A stretch of 64,000 nt of DNA, from contig OX597824.1 in NCBI GenBank assembly GCA_951406725.2, positions 52,948,001 to 53,012,000 on the forward strand, read 5' to 3'. The position numbers and the translations under genes are program-made. The stretch is from Octopus vulgaris (Eukaryota). The notes beneath the pieces are model-generated. The model did no database searches. It saw nothing but the letters and a program-made list of their open reading frames with translations, and was not told the origin of the DNA. Within the stretch, counting starts at the first letter, position 1; every line of letters begins with the position of its first letter. Shown here in pieces: positions 1 through 13,989 of this stretch.

Positions 1-625
1 GAGCAACGCGGCCGACGAGAAACAAAGGTGGATAATGACGAACTGAAAGCCACCGTCGAGGCAGATCCATCTCACAGTGCCCGTGAAGTATCGTTGTTTG
101 GTGTTAGCAAGCAAACAATATTGACTCACCTAGTTCAAATCGGTAAAGTGATAAAGTTGGACAAGTGGGTTCCACATGAACTCAATGAAAATCAGAAACA
201 GCAATGTTTGGAAGCCTGCATTATGCTACTTTCTCGTCACAAAAATTAATCATTTTTGAATCGAATTGTAACATGTGATGAGAAATAGATCCCATACAAC
301 AACTGTAAACATTCAGCGCAATGGTTGGACAAAGACAAGCCACCAAAACACAGTCTAAAGAGCAAGATTCATCAAAAGAAACTTGGATAACTTTTTGATA
401 GAAAAAATATTTAATTCCAATGATGCTGTAAAACAAGCCCTCCAAGATTTTATTGACTGTAGATTGCTAGGCTTTTACACTTCCGGGTTGGACAAACTAC
501 CTCTGAAAAGGCAAAAGTGTTTTGACAATATGGGTGCATATTTTGATGAATAAAACTATTCCTTGTGTTTATAAAACATTAGCAAACTTTTTCTTTTCTA
601 CAAATTTCATACTTGACGACCTAAT
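1..625 (+). mobile_element. Degenerate mariner transposase (3' part, internally deleted) with right terminus
   Basis: ORF 28-249 has the mariner WVPHEL motif. The same frame continues past a stop as FLNRIVTCDEK (first catalytic D). A C-terminus ...KCFDNMGAYFDE* ends near 553, and a TIR-like end (tttcatacttgacgacctaa+ta) lies at ~605-625. Confidence 0.85.
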
Positions 626-993
626 ATATAAAGGAAAAGGGAAATAAAACCCTGCTAAACGTGTTGTAAGAATACGCCCAAAAGCGTTATAAAATCACCT
701 TTAGCTCCTGTAAAAATACGGGTTGTAGACGAACAAATGAAAAATGCAGAATGAAACTCGACACTCAATTGTGCATTGGTCCAATTTCGAGATTAAAGCA
801 GTACCCATCCACGAAACAAATTCGTACGATCATGTGCAAATATCCGCGTTTGTGCTTCAAGATAAAGTCAAATTTTTACTTTTCATTTCAGCCGCGTATT
901 TTTTAAACCGAAATAGCCTGAAAGCACACACATATTCACACATAATACAATTGCACGCGCGCACACAAACACACATGAATTTATATATGAATT

Positions 994-1362
994 GGAGTGG
1001 CTGTGTGGTAAGAAGTTTGCTTCTCAAAAATGTAGTCTTACGTTCAGTCCCACAACGCAGCACTGTGGGTAATCATCTTCCACTATAGCCCCGTGTCGAC
1101 CAAAGCACTGTGTGTGGATTTGGTAGACCGAAACTGAAAGAAGCCTTTCATATACATATGTGTATCTCTGTATCTATGTGAGAGTATCTCTGTGTTTGAG
1201 CGCGTCCCCACCGCCACTACTACCGTTTGAGTGCTGATGTTGGCTAGTTTACACCCCGTAACTTAATAGTTCGGCAAATAGGACCGATAAAATAGGGACC
1301 AGGCTTAGAAATTAGAACTGGGGTCGATTTATTCGATAAAATCAATGCGGTGCCCCAGCGTG
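994..1362 (+). mobile_element. tRNA-derived CORE-type SINE (octopus OR-like), diverged copy
   Basis: Head ggagtggctgtgtggtaag, body ...gaccaaagc...ggatttggtagac.gaaactgaaagaagcc, tail gcggtgccccagc; matches other copies in the window. Confidence 0.75.
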
Positions 1363-1741
1363 GCTTGCTTTCCAACCACATGGTTCGGGATTTATTCCCC
1401 CTGCGTGGCACCTTGGGCAAGTCTTTTCTACTCTAGCGTCTGGCCGACCTAAGCTTTGTGAGTAGAGTTGGTACACGAAAACTGAAAGAAACCTGACGTA
1501 ATATGTGTGTGTGTGTGTGTTTCTGTGTGTGTCTTTGTGTCTGTGTTTGTCCCCCATCACTGCTTGACAACCGATGTTGGTGTGTTTACGTCCCCATAAC
1601 TTAGTGTTTCACAAAAGAGATCGATAGCATAAGTAGTAGGCTTACAAAGAATAAGACGTGGAATCGATTTCTTCGACTAAAACACCCTTTAAGGCGGCGC
1701 TTCAGCATGGCCGCGGTGAAATGACTGAAACAAATGCAAGA

Positions 1742-1742
<1 letters not shown>
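1363..1742 (+). mobile_element. OR-like SINE lacking its 5' head
   Basis: CORE-like tgcgtggcaccttgggcaagt, internal (TG)n, 3' tail ggcggcgcttcagcatggccgcggtgaaatgactgaaac. Confidence 0.85.
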
Positions 1743-1774
<32 letters not shown>

Positions 1775-2199
1775 GATGCATATATATATACATATATAAC
1801 ATGGGTGGCTCATTCGCAGTTTTACAACCTAAGAGCAGAAATATAGACGTCACTAAAGTAACGAACGTTATCAATCAGCACCAGTAGTGTTAGAAATAAG
1901 AGTCAAAACAACTCAATAGCCACGGAAATCAGTACATTAATGACTGACAAGGGAAGCTGTGGACATGACCAGATCATCCTTGATTTTGCATTTTAATGCT
2001 ACCGCATTTTAATACTCATCGCTATCTTTCACCTCACCTAGCGTTAATCTCAGCTCACCTTGTCAGTTTCTATATAGTTATGTTATTTTATGTTAAGAAT
2101 GAAAGAGACTACAGTATAAAGCTCAGATTTCACACTGTACTATCCAGTAGTAGTATTATACGTACTTCCAGGTTTGTGTTTGGGCTTCTCTAGTACCTG

Positions 2200-2550
2200 G
2201 ATAGATAACTGGAAAAACTGGAGTCAGTAAGAAGGAATACGGTTAAACATTTATTTTCAATCACTACATTCGTTTCTACGCAACGCAGTTCTCCAGGTTT
2301 GCATGTATTATTTATGTAACTGTTTCTCTGCATTATGAGATCTAGCTGTGTTCCCTCAGGCTATATGTAAATATTGTCTCCGTAGTTCAAATTCTCGGCT
2401 TCAAGAGCATCATATCTGTTTGTCGTGGTCTGAAGTTAGTAGTAGCCACTGAGCGTATGGAGAACTACGTTGCATAGAAACAATTGTAATGATTGCAAAT
2501 AAATTTCCAACCGTACTCCTTCTTGTTGACCCCCAACATTTTCAATGATA
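2200..2550 (+). mobile_element. PLE-terminus-like fragment with an inverted duplication and a degenerate hammerhead
   Basis: 2205-2295 is a diverged reverse complement of 2458-2550. 2443-2496 reads CUGAGCG-UAUG...CAUA-GAAAC-AAUU-GUA (palindromic stem III, damaged core). Confidence 0.5.
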
Positions 2551-2637
2551 TATACATATATATACACTAGCAGAAAAGCAGCCTTCCGGGCGGTTTTCTA
2601 CTGTTTAAGCCTGGAGTGTGTGTTTTGATTAGAGAGA

Positions 2638-2639
<2 letters not shown>

Positions 2640-2731
<92 letters not shown>

Positions 2732-2950
2732 CCGAGATAGAGAGAGAGACACCGAGATAGAGAGAGAGACACCGAGATAGAGAGAGAGACACCGAGATAG
2801 AGAGAGAGACACCGAGATAGAGAGAGAGACACCGAGATAGAGAGAGAGACACCGAGATAGAGAGAGAGACACCGAGATAGAGAGAGAGACACCGAGATAG
2901 AGAGAGAGACACCGAGATAGAGAGAGAGACACCGAGATAGAGAGAGAGTG
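2640..2950. repeat. (GT)n followed by a 20-bp tandem repeat (accgagatagagagagagac, ~11 copies)
   Basis: Directly visible perfect 20-bp period from ~2731 to 2948. Confidence 0.95.
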
Positions 2951-3179
2951 TGTGGGGAGAGAGAACATTGCAAACAATGAATGAAATAAACATGAAATGA
3001 AAGCTCGTTAAAAACTATCTTGTACCGAATAATTAAATTTGTGAACTTGAAATATTCAACAATAAAAGGGACTCAGAAAGTAAATTCTCCTGAAAACTTC
3101 AATTTATAAAAAAACCTCACTTGCTTAGTAAATATTTCTTTCAGTAATTTATTGTAGTTGTTATATATTTGTAATTTAA

Positions 3180-4920
3180 ACAAACTTCAAGGTTTAGCGT
3201 ACTAGAAATAGTAGCGGCCTCATAGTTATTATTATAAGCATTCCAAACAGCCATACCAACAAAATCACTTCATAAGTTTTTTTAAATCATACCAGTATAT
3301 TAAACAATTTCATTTTATCAAAAATAAGCTTCAAAGTTATACAGCTGTTTTGTCTAATATCATTCATTCATTCAATAAATATTTGTTTTTTACATTACCT
3401 ATATAGAATAAACTGTGGGTTTTGTAAATAGCGAAATAAAACTTGAAATGAATATATATTAAATTATCATTAATGAAAATAGAGCAAAAGAGAGGAGGTA
3501 CTGTTGAAAATGAAAAAAAATTTCGCTGCAACGAATTAATATTGTTTATTAAATCTACTCCGCAGTGAATGCAACAAATATTTAAATTTGTGAAAAGCTT
3601 GTAGTTCAAATATTTAATAATCTTCAGAAATCGAAATTACAGGAAATTTTTTAGAACATAAATTTACAAAAACATCTTGCATCTAGACAACCTGGACCCC
3701 GCACGCATATATTTAACACTAGGTCAAAAACTAAAGCAGCCAAAATAGCTAACAACAACAGGCATTGCTACCCACCTCCTTTGTCCAAAAATGTAGATAG
3801 CACTCCATTCTCAAAAAAAAGTGGCGGACGCTCAATGCTATGGTACACACCCCGCTTCTCGCTTAATGTTAAGAACTTAACTAAAACCTTCTTTAAAATA
3901 TTGGACTACAACTTCCCTCGTCAACATAAATATTATTCTATTTTTAATAGATCCACCCTGAAGCTATCCTATTCTGCACCACCCAACTTCGAATCTATCA
4001 TAGCAGCCTCTAATAAACAAACGTTTTCTCTCTACTATCAAAACTCACGTAGTTACAACTCTAGATACACGAACGCTCAACATGCACAATATCCTTACAT
4101 TAGACCATAACCACAACTCAATCCATCCTACTAGCACTACCCGGAACACCACCACAACCTCTACCACTCTTACAAATAGTGCAACTAATAACAACAATAG
4201 TTGTAATAACAATAATAGTAATAATAACATTAATAATACTAATAGTTGGACCTTTCTACCCCCTTCTCTAGCCTCTCCTCTGATAATATTACCTCGTCCA
4301 TTCCTGAAAACCATCTCCAAAATTCACCCACTTGTAACTGCCGTCCTGGGGCCATCTGCCCTTTACAAACCCATTGTAGAAGATATAACGTAATTTATAA
4401 ACGCACTGTCCTTAACACATTACACAATTCTACAGCCACATATATAGGATCAGCCATAAATTTTAAACAACGATATGCCACTCACCTCCATTCTTTAGAT
4501 ACGATAAACATAGTAAATCTACAGCACTAGCCAATCACATATATCATCTAAGAAATACAAATATACCCTACACATTGTCATGGTCCATATTAGATTCAGG
4601 GCTTCCTCACCAAGGTCAACGCTCAACCTGCAAGTTTTGCCTGAAGGGGGCACTCCACATATTAAAGCACATCTCTTCAACACTACTAAATAAACATAAT
4701 GAGGCCTTAAGTATATGCAGCCTCCGCTTTTTTCATACCTTCAAATTCTACCACAAACTTAAATGCCTAGATAACAACATAGTATATTTCCGCAATACCC
4801 CGTAGGTAACCCCCAACAACCTTATGAATCTCCATTTTAAATTCTAATCCGTATTTAACTCACTGTTTCTTACTTTAGGATCACAATCATTTAATTATAT
4901 ATATATGTATGTGTGTGTGT

Positions 4921-4959
<39 letters not shown>

Positions 4960-6285
4960 CACATAAACGAATACATGTATGTTTGAATATGTATATATGT
5001 ATATACGTATATATATGTGTGTGTGTATGTATGTGTGTGTATACATATATGAGCATGCAAACGGGTACATAGAGTATGTATGAGTATATGTATAGATATT
5101 TTATATAAGTATGGATTTGTATGTGGGTATATGTAAATATATGTATGCACACATACGCGCCTGTGTGTGCGCGCGCGTGTGTGTGTATATAAGCACCTAC
5201 ATACGATTATGCGCGTGTGTATGTTTGTATGCATACATTTACATTTGCAAAATTTATATATACAAAAATAGATACGAATGGATGTGTACATGTGTGAATG
5301 CGCGTGAACATACATGAGTTTGTATGCGTATGTATGTGTTGAAGTGTGCATATGTCTATATATATATATATATAGGTGGGGGGTGGGTACGTATGTGTGT
5401 ATACATATTCACAGATATATATTCTTTCTTTTCCTACTTATCACTAACCTATCACACATGGCTATTTATAGCAACTTGACTTATATTCTTCGTTCTTTAT
5501 ATTCTTTATTCCACCTCAATTTTACTACCAATACTAATACCCACTTACACATCACCTTACCCGTACCTTCTCTCTACCTTTTGTATACCCATCCCTTAAT
5601 GCAGTTCTATCACACCACCCCTGCTCACATCCCTCACGTTCTTTTACTCTTTACTCTCTCATCTCTTCCTTTCTCTCCTCTCACCTTTCCCTCCCTCCTA
5701 TCATTTTATCCTGACAACTAGTTAATACACCCTCACTCGTTTAATTTCATCCCTTCTTTCTTCATTTCCTTTTTGTCTCCCTCCCTTTTTTCTTTCTTTC
5801 TTCTTCCTCCCATTCCCTTCCTGTTTTTGATTTGATCTATCTCCTCTTTCTAATCATATACATCTCTCCTCCCTCCATCTATCCATTAACATTACAAACA
5901 CATTTCTAAATTTTAATTCACACCAAAACCCCACTCGATCGAACAACACTCTTTACAAGACTCTATGCTTGGAATGGCCAAATATAACTACCATTGGAAC
6001 TCCCACACAAGGTACAGGAAACTTCTTCACAACTTATATACACCATTCTACTTGAATAATGGAAGTGCAAATACAGTATCCTTATGTATCTCACTTCTAT
6101 TTTCATTCTCTCACTTCCTTCTGTATATCATATCTTCTCTATAATAATTAATACTCAAACATTTTCTCACAGCATCTCTGAGGAAGGGATATATAAAGTA
6201 TTCCGGAAACATCTGTAAGACCATTTATTTATAAATGTTCTGAAAACTATTTACAGCCTTGGAATTTTTTAATCTCATTTTTTCA
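3180..6285 (+). mobile_element. Decayed Penelope-like element (Neptune-type): RT remnant, GIY-YIG endonuclease, microsatellite-rich 3' region and terminal HHR
   Basis: Frameshifted peptides WYTPRFSLNVKN...KLSYSAPPNFESII, CNCRPGAICPLQTHC...VIY...YIGSAINFKQRYATH and WSILDS...CKFCLK. HHR-like motif at 6175-6220. Confidence 0.8.
6175..6220 (+). ncRNA. Minimal type-I hammerhead ribozyme (PLE terminus)
   Basis: ucu-CUGAGGA-aGGGAUAU...GUAUUCC-g-GAAAC-AUCU-GUA-aga. A second, mutated copy lies on the minus strand at 39891-39938. Confidence 0.6.
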
Positions 6286-6305
6286 ATATATATATATATA
6301 TATAT

Positions 6306-7228
6306 ACGAGGTGGTATCCCAAAGTAACCGGAAACGTATTCTGTGAGACGAGCCCGTTGTAGTACGGGCTTCCGCTGCTAGAAGCCACTTGATACAACTC
6401 TCAGGTATCAGACTGCCGATCGGCATTGTCAACTTGGATCGTACGGCCACGTGTTGCGTCTTTGTTTTTTCAGTTTTTTCTCCTCTATTTGTCGATTTTT
6501 GCAATCGCTGAAACGGAGGGACAGCTTGCTTCTTTGAAATTATGTTTTCTGCTGGGGAAAACGGCGGCCAAAACAGTTTTCATGCTTCAAACAAGTTACA
6601 AGAGCGCTGTCATAAAGCAAAACACAAGTCTACAAGTGGTTTTCACACTTCTGGAATGATCACTTCTCGCCTGAAGACAGTTGACTTCCTGAATGAATGA
6701 AGATATCACAAAGATTCATCAACTGATCTTGTAGGACCGTTGCCAAATAATTAGCGCCAAGTCAATGGAAGTCAATGGAAGTATTCAATGTCACTACGCC
6801 CCACAAAAGTGCGTCAAGTGAAGTCCAATGTCAAGGCGGTGCAGATTTGTTTCATCGATGCGAGAGAAATTGTCCACAATGTTTGTTCCTCCTATTGAAA
6901 CTGTTAACCAGAAATTTTACTTGGCAATTCTGAAGCATTTGCGAGACACTGGCAAACTGGGGAGTGGTGGTTTCATCACAACAATGCCCCTTCACACACT
7001 GCCTTGAGTGTGAGACAATATTTGACCAAAAATGGCATGAACCCGTTTACCCACTGTCTCTATTAACCCGATCTTGCTCCCAGCAACTTGTTTTTTCCAC
7101 TGAATGATGCCGATGAGGAAGAGTTGAAGAAAAAACGACGAAGACGTTAAAAGGCATCACTTCGCAAGAGTTCTAGGACTGCTTCCAACGCGTCTAGACC
7201 GATGCATTACTTCAAACGGAGGATCGTC
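6306..7228 (+). mobile_element. Degenerate mariner element
   Basis: Starts tacgaggtggtatcccaaag after (TA)n. N-terminal HTH-like LKLCFLLGKTAAKTVFMLQ and catalytic-region WWFHHNNAPSHTA...PDLAPS, with many stops and frameshifts. Confidence 0.85.
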
Positions 7229-7379
7229 GTATATATTTATATATATATATATATGACACTCCGGTATCACGCCATTTCCACACCACCGGTCACTCCTTGC
7301 AACACCTGTCTGTGTTCGGATTGTCCTTGCACAGAGGCCATCCGGATTCCCGCTTGCGCCGTGAACAGGGATTAAATTT

Positions 7380-8039
7380 CCTATCATCGCTCTTTTACGC
7401 TATTTGGGCTCAACTCTCCCTCCCTTTTCATCTAACCTCCCCCGACTCCTACTTCTCTTCAGTCTTTCATCTTTTCACCCCTACTCTCTTTCCCTCCTCT
7501 TTTCTTATTTCCCTTCTTCCCCCTTCTTCCCCCTTCTTCTCTCTTCTTCTCTCTTCTTCCCTCTTCCCCTTCTCTCTTTCTCTCTGCTCCCTCACTCCTC
7601 TTCTCTCCCTACCACTCCCCTCCTTTCCGCCTCTCCCCTCCTCTCCGCCTCTCCCCTCCCTCTCCACCTCTCCCCTCCCACGAGCCCTCTTTCACACGCA
7701 CATACACAATCTCTTATACACACACGCACCTTTATGTTGGGGCCACCTTCGTTTTGTGAGTCACTTGACCCTGTTATCTCCCCTACTGTCCCTCTAGCTA
7801 CTAACGTCTGACCTCTGACCTCTGCCTGAAGTCAGAACGCCATGATAGATCGTTAGCTCCTACACGCATTTTTTTCTCTCCTTGTTTCTCTCCTTGTTTT
7901 TTTCTGTGTATCTTTCTGTCGAAGAGCGTAGGCTCGAAACGTAAAAGTTCTATTTCTATTCCTGAGCGCCATACTAATACATTTGTTTGTTTGTACTCCA
8001 CCTGCCTTCGTCTTTTGTTTATTTTCGTAAACCTTCCCG

Positions 8040-8040
<1 letters not shown>
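7380..8040 (+). mobile_element. Pyrimidine-rich PLE-terminus-like repeat with a minimal HHR-like motif
   Basis: 7912-7947 reads cuuu-CUGUCGA-aGAGC-GUAG-GCUC-GAAAC-GUA-aaag (non-canonical position 6). A more degenerate copy lies at ~8640-8760. Confidence 0.4.
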
Positions 8041-8070
<30 letters not shown>

Positions 8071-8071
<1 letters not shown>

Positions 8072-8475
8072 TCGTTTACTCTTTTACTTGCTTCAGTCAT
8101 TTGACTGCGGCCATGCTGGAGCACCGCCTTTAGTCGAGCAAATCGACCCCGGGACTTATTCTTTGTAAGCCCAGTACTTATTCTATCGGTCTTTTTTGCC
8201 GAACCGCTAAGTGACGGGGACGTAAACACACCAGCATCGGTTGTCAAGCAATGCTAGGGGGACAAACACAGACGCAGAAAGATACACACACATACATATA
8301 TATATATATACATATATACGACAGGCTTCTTTCAGTTTCCGTCTACCAAATCCACTCACAAGGCATTGGTCGGCCCGAGGCTATAGCAGAAGACACTTGC
8401 CCAAGATGCCACGCAGTGGGACTGAACCCGGAACCATGTGGTTCGTAAGCAAGCTAATTACCACACAGCCACTCC
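8071..8475 (-). mobile_element. Full-length OR-like SINE
   Basis: Reverse complement gives A box tggctgtgtgg, B-box-like ggttcagtccc, CORE-like cttgggcaagt and tail ggcggtgctccagcatggccgcagtcaaatgactgaagc. Confidence 0.9.
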
Positions 8476-8976
8476 TTTTATATATCCTTTTATCCTTTTA
8501 TCTTTTTCTAGTTTCAATCATTAGACTGTGGTCATGCTGGAGCACCAACCATACATATATATATATATAACATTTCATCATGTGAAACTAGTAATCCCTA
8601 CATATCTTTTCTCTCTCAATTTTCCCCCTCTTAATTGTTTGTGTTGAAGAACATAGACTCTAAGCATCAAAAGCTTTTCCATTCTTCTAGAGAGCTAAAC
8701 TAACACACCGGCTTGTTCCTTCACCTGTCTTCGTCCTGTGTTTTCTGTAAATTTGAACTCGAAATAGGGAATAATAAACAGTCAGCAACTGAGGAGGAGT
8801 AAGACATCTTTTGGTATTTTGTCGCGTTCTAGTCTCTCGTTACGTGTTTACGTATTTTTCACACGTTGTTGATGTCCTATTCTTATTGGGCATATTTTGA
8901 TAATTTACCTATACTTACCTCTCGTGTTTTTACGTGTTTTTCGCTCATTGATGATGGCCTGTACCTAATGTATATT

Positions 8977-9169
<193 letters not shown>

Positions 9170-9182
9170 CATATATGTATAT

Positions 9183-10363
9183 GCTGAAATAAGTGACCTA
9201 GTGGGCCTTTTCATCCTCCATAGGCTGAAAACCCTATTCACAGGCCTCTCCGGTGGTCTTTACCGCGATGACGGCCTTTTCGCCCTCCACAAAATAAACC
9301 CCAGGACCACGGATGGGTTCCGGAAAAATCTTTACACCTTCTTTAAAAACTTAGGCCTTAGGATTACCTTAGAATCCAACTTAACAAAAGCTAACTTCCT
9401 TGATGTCACCCTCGACTTAAAAACCTCACTTTATTACCCGTACCACAAACCGAATGAATCCCTTAGATATATAGATATTAATTCCAACCACCCCAAAAAT
9501 ATATTAGATAACCTAGTAAAAAGTGTCTCAATTAGAATTTCTAGCCTGTCCGCCACGGAAGATATCTTTAAGGCCGCAGCCCCCTATTACAACGAGGCCC
9601 TGGCCCGCAGTGGCTTTAAAGATAAGATTACCTATACTAGTATAGCCCCACGCCAACCCAGGAAAAATAGACGAAGACACATTAGCTGGTACAACCCCCC
9701 TTCAACCGTGAGGTCGCTACACCTGTAGCTAAAATCTTCTTCACTCTCCTACAGAAACACTTCCCCACCCAACATAAGTACTACACTATCCTAAATAAGA
9801 ACACTATTAGACTCTCCTACTCTACCACGCCCAATCTAGCCAGGAACCTAGCCAACAACAATGTGAAAAAACTTAACATATCTACTTTTTCCGAGGCCCA
9901 TCCAACGTCCGATAGCAATTGCAACTGCCCTGATAAAACCACCTGCCCCCTCAACAACAACTGCCTACAGAGGGACCTAGTATATACATGCGAGGTAAGA
10001 TCAGGCCCTGACGATAAAAGAAAATCCTACATCGGAATGACGTCAAACAGCTTTAAGACCCGTTGGTACGCACACACACACTCGTTCCGGCGACAGGATA
10101 AATCCAACCAAACTACCCTCGCCGCCCACATCTGGTACCTTAAAAGGAACTCAATCCCCTTCAAGACCAAGTGGAAACTACTACAGAAGGCGCGCTCGTA
10201 CACAGGAGGCCATACCTGCTGTGACCTCTGCATATCGGAGAGCCTAGAGATCTTGTTCGCCAAAGGCCCTCTCCTTAACAAAATCTCAGAACACTCCCCA
10301 AATTGCATGCATAAGAAGTATGCGAACTACAAGAACTATAGACCTACCCGGCAACCAGATTGA
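9183..10363 (+). pseudogene. PLE reverse transcriptase/GIY-YIG ORF, 5'-truncated, one frameshift
   Basis: Open from AEISDLVG to WYNPP; one frameshift in the C-run at ~9694-9700; then open ([14 protein letters not shown]...) to the stop at 10363. Confidence 0.9.
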
Positions 10364-10581
10364 TGACACCCCACCCACAAAACCCCCCCAATCCCACCGT
10401 TCCCCTAGCACCCCCGATTACCTTTTCTCCTAAGACCTTTCACATATTGTATGTGCACGCTTGTATATGTGTATCGTATATATGTATAGAAATGTATGGG
10501 TATAGTAGGAATATACGCATGTATTATGTGTGTGTGTGTGTATGTATGTAAAAATATATATATATATATATATGTATGTGC

Positions 10582-10612
<31 letters not shown>

Positions 10613-10712
10613 TATATGTATATATGTATATATGTATATATGTGTGTATGCATATGTATGTGTATATGTATGTGTGTATGTATGTGTATGTATGTATAAA
10701 ATATTATATAAT

Positions 10713-10911
10713 TAGGGCTTAGTAAAATAAATTACTTTGCCACATACTGAACTTTCTAGAAATAGCAGCCAAAAAAGTTTTTTAGCCTCTTCCACTACTT
10801 AGAGAATATTTTCCCTCAGACATTGTTTACTCAAAATAATAATGGTCCTTTTACATACTGAATACTTGGTGAAATTGATTAATAACTAATTAACTTTACC
10901 CTCAATTGTTG
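10713..10911. mobile_element. Rearranged fragment of the 565-bp HHR-element family
   Basis: 10713-10837 matches the minus strand of the 565-bp unit. 10841-10911 matches its plus-strand end (...ccctcaattgttga). Confidence 0.85.
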
Positions 10912-11008
10912 ATAGATGTATGTGTGTGTATATATATGTATATGTATATGTATATATATATATATGTACATGTATGTATATGTGTATGTATGTATATATA
11001 TGTGTATG

Positions 11009-11057
<49 letters not shown>

Positions 11058-11302
11058 GTATATATGTATGTGTGTGTATATGTGTATTATGTATATATTT
11101 ATATATATGTATATATGTATATGTATATGTATGTGTGTGTGTATATGTATATATGTGTATATATATGAGTGTACGCGAGTATGTCGATGTATATGTAGGT
11201 ATGTAGAGTTATGTGTATGTGCATGTATGTGAGTGTAGATACAAATTGTAGATGTGTATATATATATGTGTGTGTATATATACATGTATATAGGTATATG
11301 TA

Positions 11303-11345
<43 letters not shown>

Positions 11346-12348
11346 ATATGCGAGTATGTAGAGATATAAGTATGTGCATGTGTATATATATGTGTGTATA
11401 TATATGTATAGGTATGTGTATGTGTATGTATGTATATATATATGTGTGTGTGTATGTATGCATTTATGTATGTATGTATGTATGTATATGTGTATGTATA
11501 TATGTGTGTAAGTGTGTGCATATATGTATATGTAAGTGTGTGTGCGTGTATGAGTATGTATGTATGTTTGCACACATGTATATGTGTGTGTGTGTATATA
11601 TGGATGCGCGTGTGTGTGTGTGTGTGTATGGGTACGCATGTACATGTGTATGTGTATATGTGTATGTATGTATGTGTGTGCGTATATTTGTATATGTATG
11701 TATGTATATGTATGTATGTGTGTGTGTATATATATATATATGGGTGTGTGTATGTGTATAAATGTATGTATGTATGGATGTATATATGTATGTATACGTA
11801 TGTATGTGTATGTGTGTATATGTATGTATGTGTATGTGTGTGTATATATATGTGTGTATATATATTTGTGTATATATATATATATATGTATATATATTGG
11901 TATATATATGTATATATATATATATGTATATATGTATGTATTTGTATGTAGGTGTATATGTATGTGTGTATATATATATTTATTGGTGTATATGTATAGA
12001 CTAGCCTTCTAAGAGTGTAGACATGAATCTGTAGGTACGCGTACGTATGTGTATATACGTGAATGTATGTAGATGTATGTATGTATGAATATAACGCGTG
12101 CGTGCGTGTATGTGTATGAGGGTACGAATGAGTGAGTGTACGTGCTAATGAGTGTGCGTGCGTGAATGAGTGCTTGTTTTCAAGTAGACAGATAAATGGA
12201 CTTGCTGTCATAGCCAAGATCCTTGGGACCAGCGGTCAAAGATAACAAAAGTAATAAATGAAGATAATAAAATTAAAATTAGGGAATGGGTCTGTATTTG
12301 TATGTACATATATGTGTGTATGTGTAGGTATGTATAGGTACACATATG

Positions 12349-12381
<33 letters not shown>

Positions 12382-12916
12382 ATGTATGTGTATGTATATA
12401 TATGTGTGTATGTGTATATATGTGTATATAGGGACTAGTGTGCTGTGTGTGCATGTGTGTATGTGTGTATGTATATATATTTTTATGTGTGTATATGTAT
12501 GTGTGGTCGTGTGTGTATATATACATGTGTGTATACGTGTATGCATGTGAGTGAGTGTATGTATATATATATATGTGTATGTGTAGATATGTATATGTAT
12601 GTGTATGTGTATATATATGTATATGTGTGTGTGTGTATGTATGTGTGTATGTATATATGTATGTATGTGTGTGTATATATGTATACATATGTGTATAGGT
12701 ATAAGTGAGAATCTCCTTATTTACCTAAAACTCTATTCTTTTTTATATATATATTTTTTTATTTTTTTATTTATTCTTTTATCTAATTTACCACTGACTC
12801 CTTGACCACTCCCCCAAGTATGATATTTTGCGCTATGCCTACCCCCAAAAAGTCCCCCACCACCACCCCTTTAAACCTGCCTAAATGTATAAATGTCAAT
12901 ACAATTCTTGTTAACT

Positions 12917-12967
12917 AGCTTCCTGAAGATTTCTCTTGAATGAAACAGTTCTAGTCCTGTAGAAGCT
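12917..12967 (+). ncRNA. Type-I hammerhead ribozyme at the PLE 3' end
   Basis: AGCUUC-CUGAAGA-uUUC-ucuu-GAAu-GAAACAG-uucuaguc-CUGUA-GAAGCU; stem I is a perfect 6 bp and the cleavage triplet is GUA. Confidence 0.8.
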
Positions 12968-13047
12968 CCTTCTATATAATAAATTAATTTTACTCTATGT
13001 ATTGAGTACCTTATTTACTGTGGTTAACCCCGAATCAACCCGGGACC

Positions 13048-13105
<58 letters not shown>

Positions 13106-13109
<4 letters not shown>

Positions 13110-13660
13110 GTCAGGCAAAATGATCTGACACATTTGTAGGTTAAATAAAAGGCAAATGAAGTAAAGAAACAAAAAAGTGTTTTTATTTTTGAAAAGTACA
13201 TATAATGCCATTTTGTTTCATTATGTTTTAAAAATTAAATCAGTCAAATGGGATCCATTATTGTCCACACACTGTCGAAGGCGTTCACGAAAGTTGTCAA
13301 TAACTCGGCGGGTCATTTCATGTGGAATAGCAGTAATTTCTTGACGAATTGCATCTTTAAGTTCTGGCGGTGCGAGGTCGGCCGGTTGATTTTCGTTTCA
13401 ATGCAGATCCAGTAGCTCTGAAGTTGGTAACCCATAACAAGATCGTGTTTCGAGCTGGTACGGGATCACGTCTACCAAGATTGAAGTGCAAACGGAACGC
13501 TCTTTGTGTTGCAGTTACAGAATCGTTTGTTTTGATAAACGTTTCCACAATGAAAGCACGATGCTCACCAGTCCAATTCATGGCAGTAACTGAAAAAGAA
13601 ACGAAAAACAATGTCTTTTATTTAACCTACAAATGTGTCAGATCATTTTGCCTGACCCTG
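13106..13660 (-). mobile_element. Internally deleted Tc1/mariner-superfamily element (DUF4817-type N-terminus) with ~50-bp TIRs in TA
   Basis: TIR cagagtcaggcaaaatgatctgacacatttgtaggttaaataaaag and its reverse complement at the right end. N-terminus MNWTGEHRAFIVE...GRPRTART is joined directly to C-terminus LKDAIRQEI...GSHLTDLIFKT; the catalytic domain is missing. Confidence 0.92.
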
Positions 13661-13744
<84 letters not shown>

Positions 13745-13989
13745 TGGATGGATGGATGGAACAACAGTCGACCAAGAGGAGCAGCAGCACACACAAGGAC
13801 GGAAAGTCTTACTGAAGAGTTCACAGATGTGTAACGAAAGATTTTCGGACAATGGACATGAGTTAAAATAAGAAGAGTAATAAACGAGTGAAGAACGAAT
13901 ATACAGTGCATGTGTTTATTTGGTAAAAAAAATAGCCATCTCGAAATGCAACAAGATAGATAGATACATATATACATACATACATACAT

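Larger units (their letters stand above)
9180..13050 (+). mobile_element. 5'-truncated Penelope-like element (Neptune-type), bounded by (TA)n on both sides
   Basis: RT motifs GGLYRDDGL and [10 protein letters not shown], then GIY-YIG CNCPDKTTCPLNNNC...LVY...YIGMTSNSFKTRW...CDLC. Long microsatellite 3' region and HHR at 12917-12967. Confidence 0.92.

Noticed and set aside
2731-2950. 20-bp, 165-bp and 565-bp repeats as possible CRISPR arrays
   Set aside because: No unique spacers, no cas genes, and a eukaryotic context.
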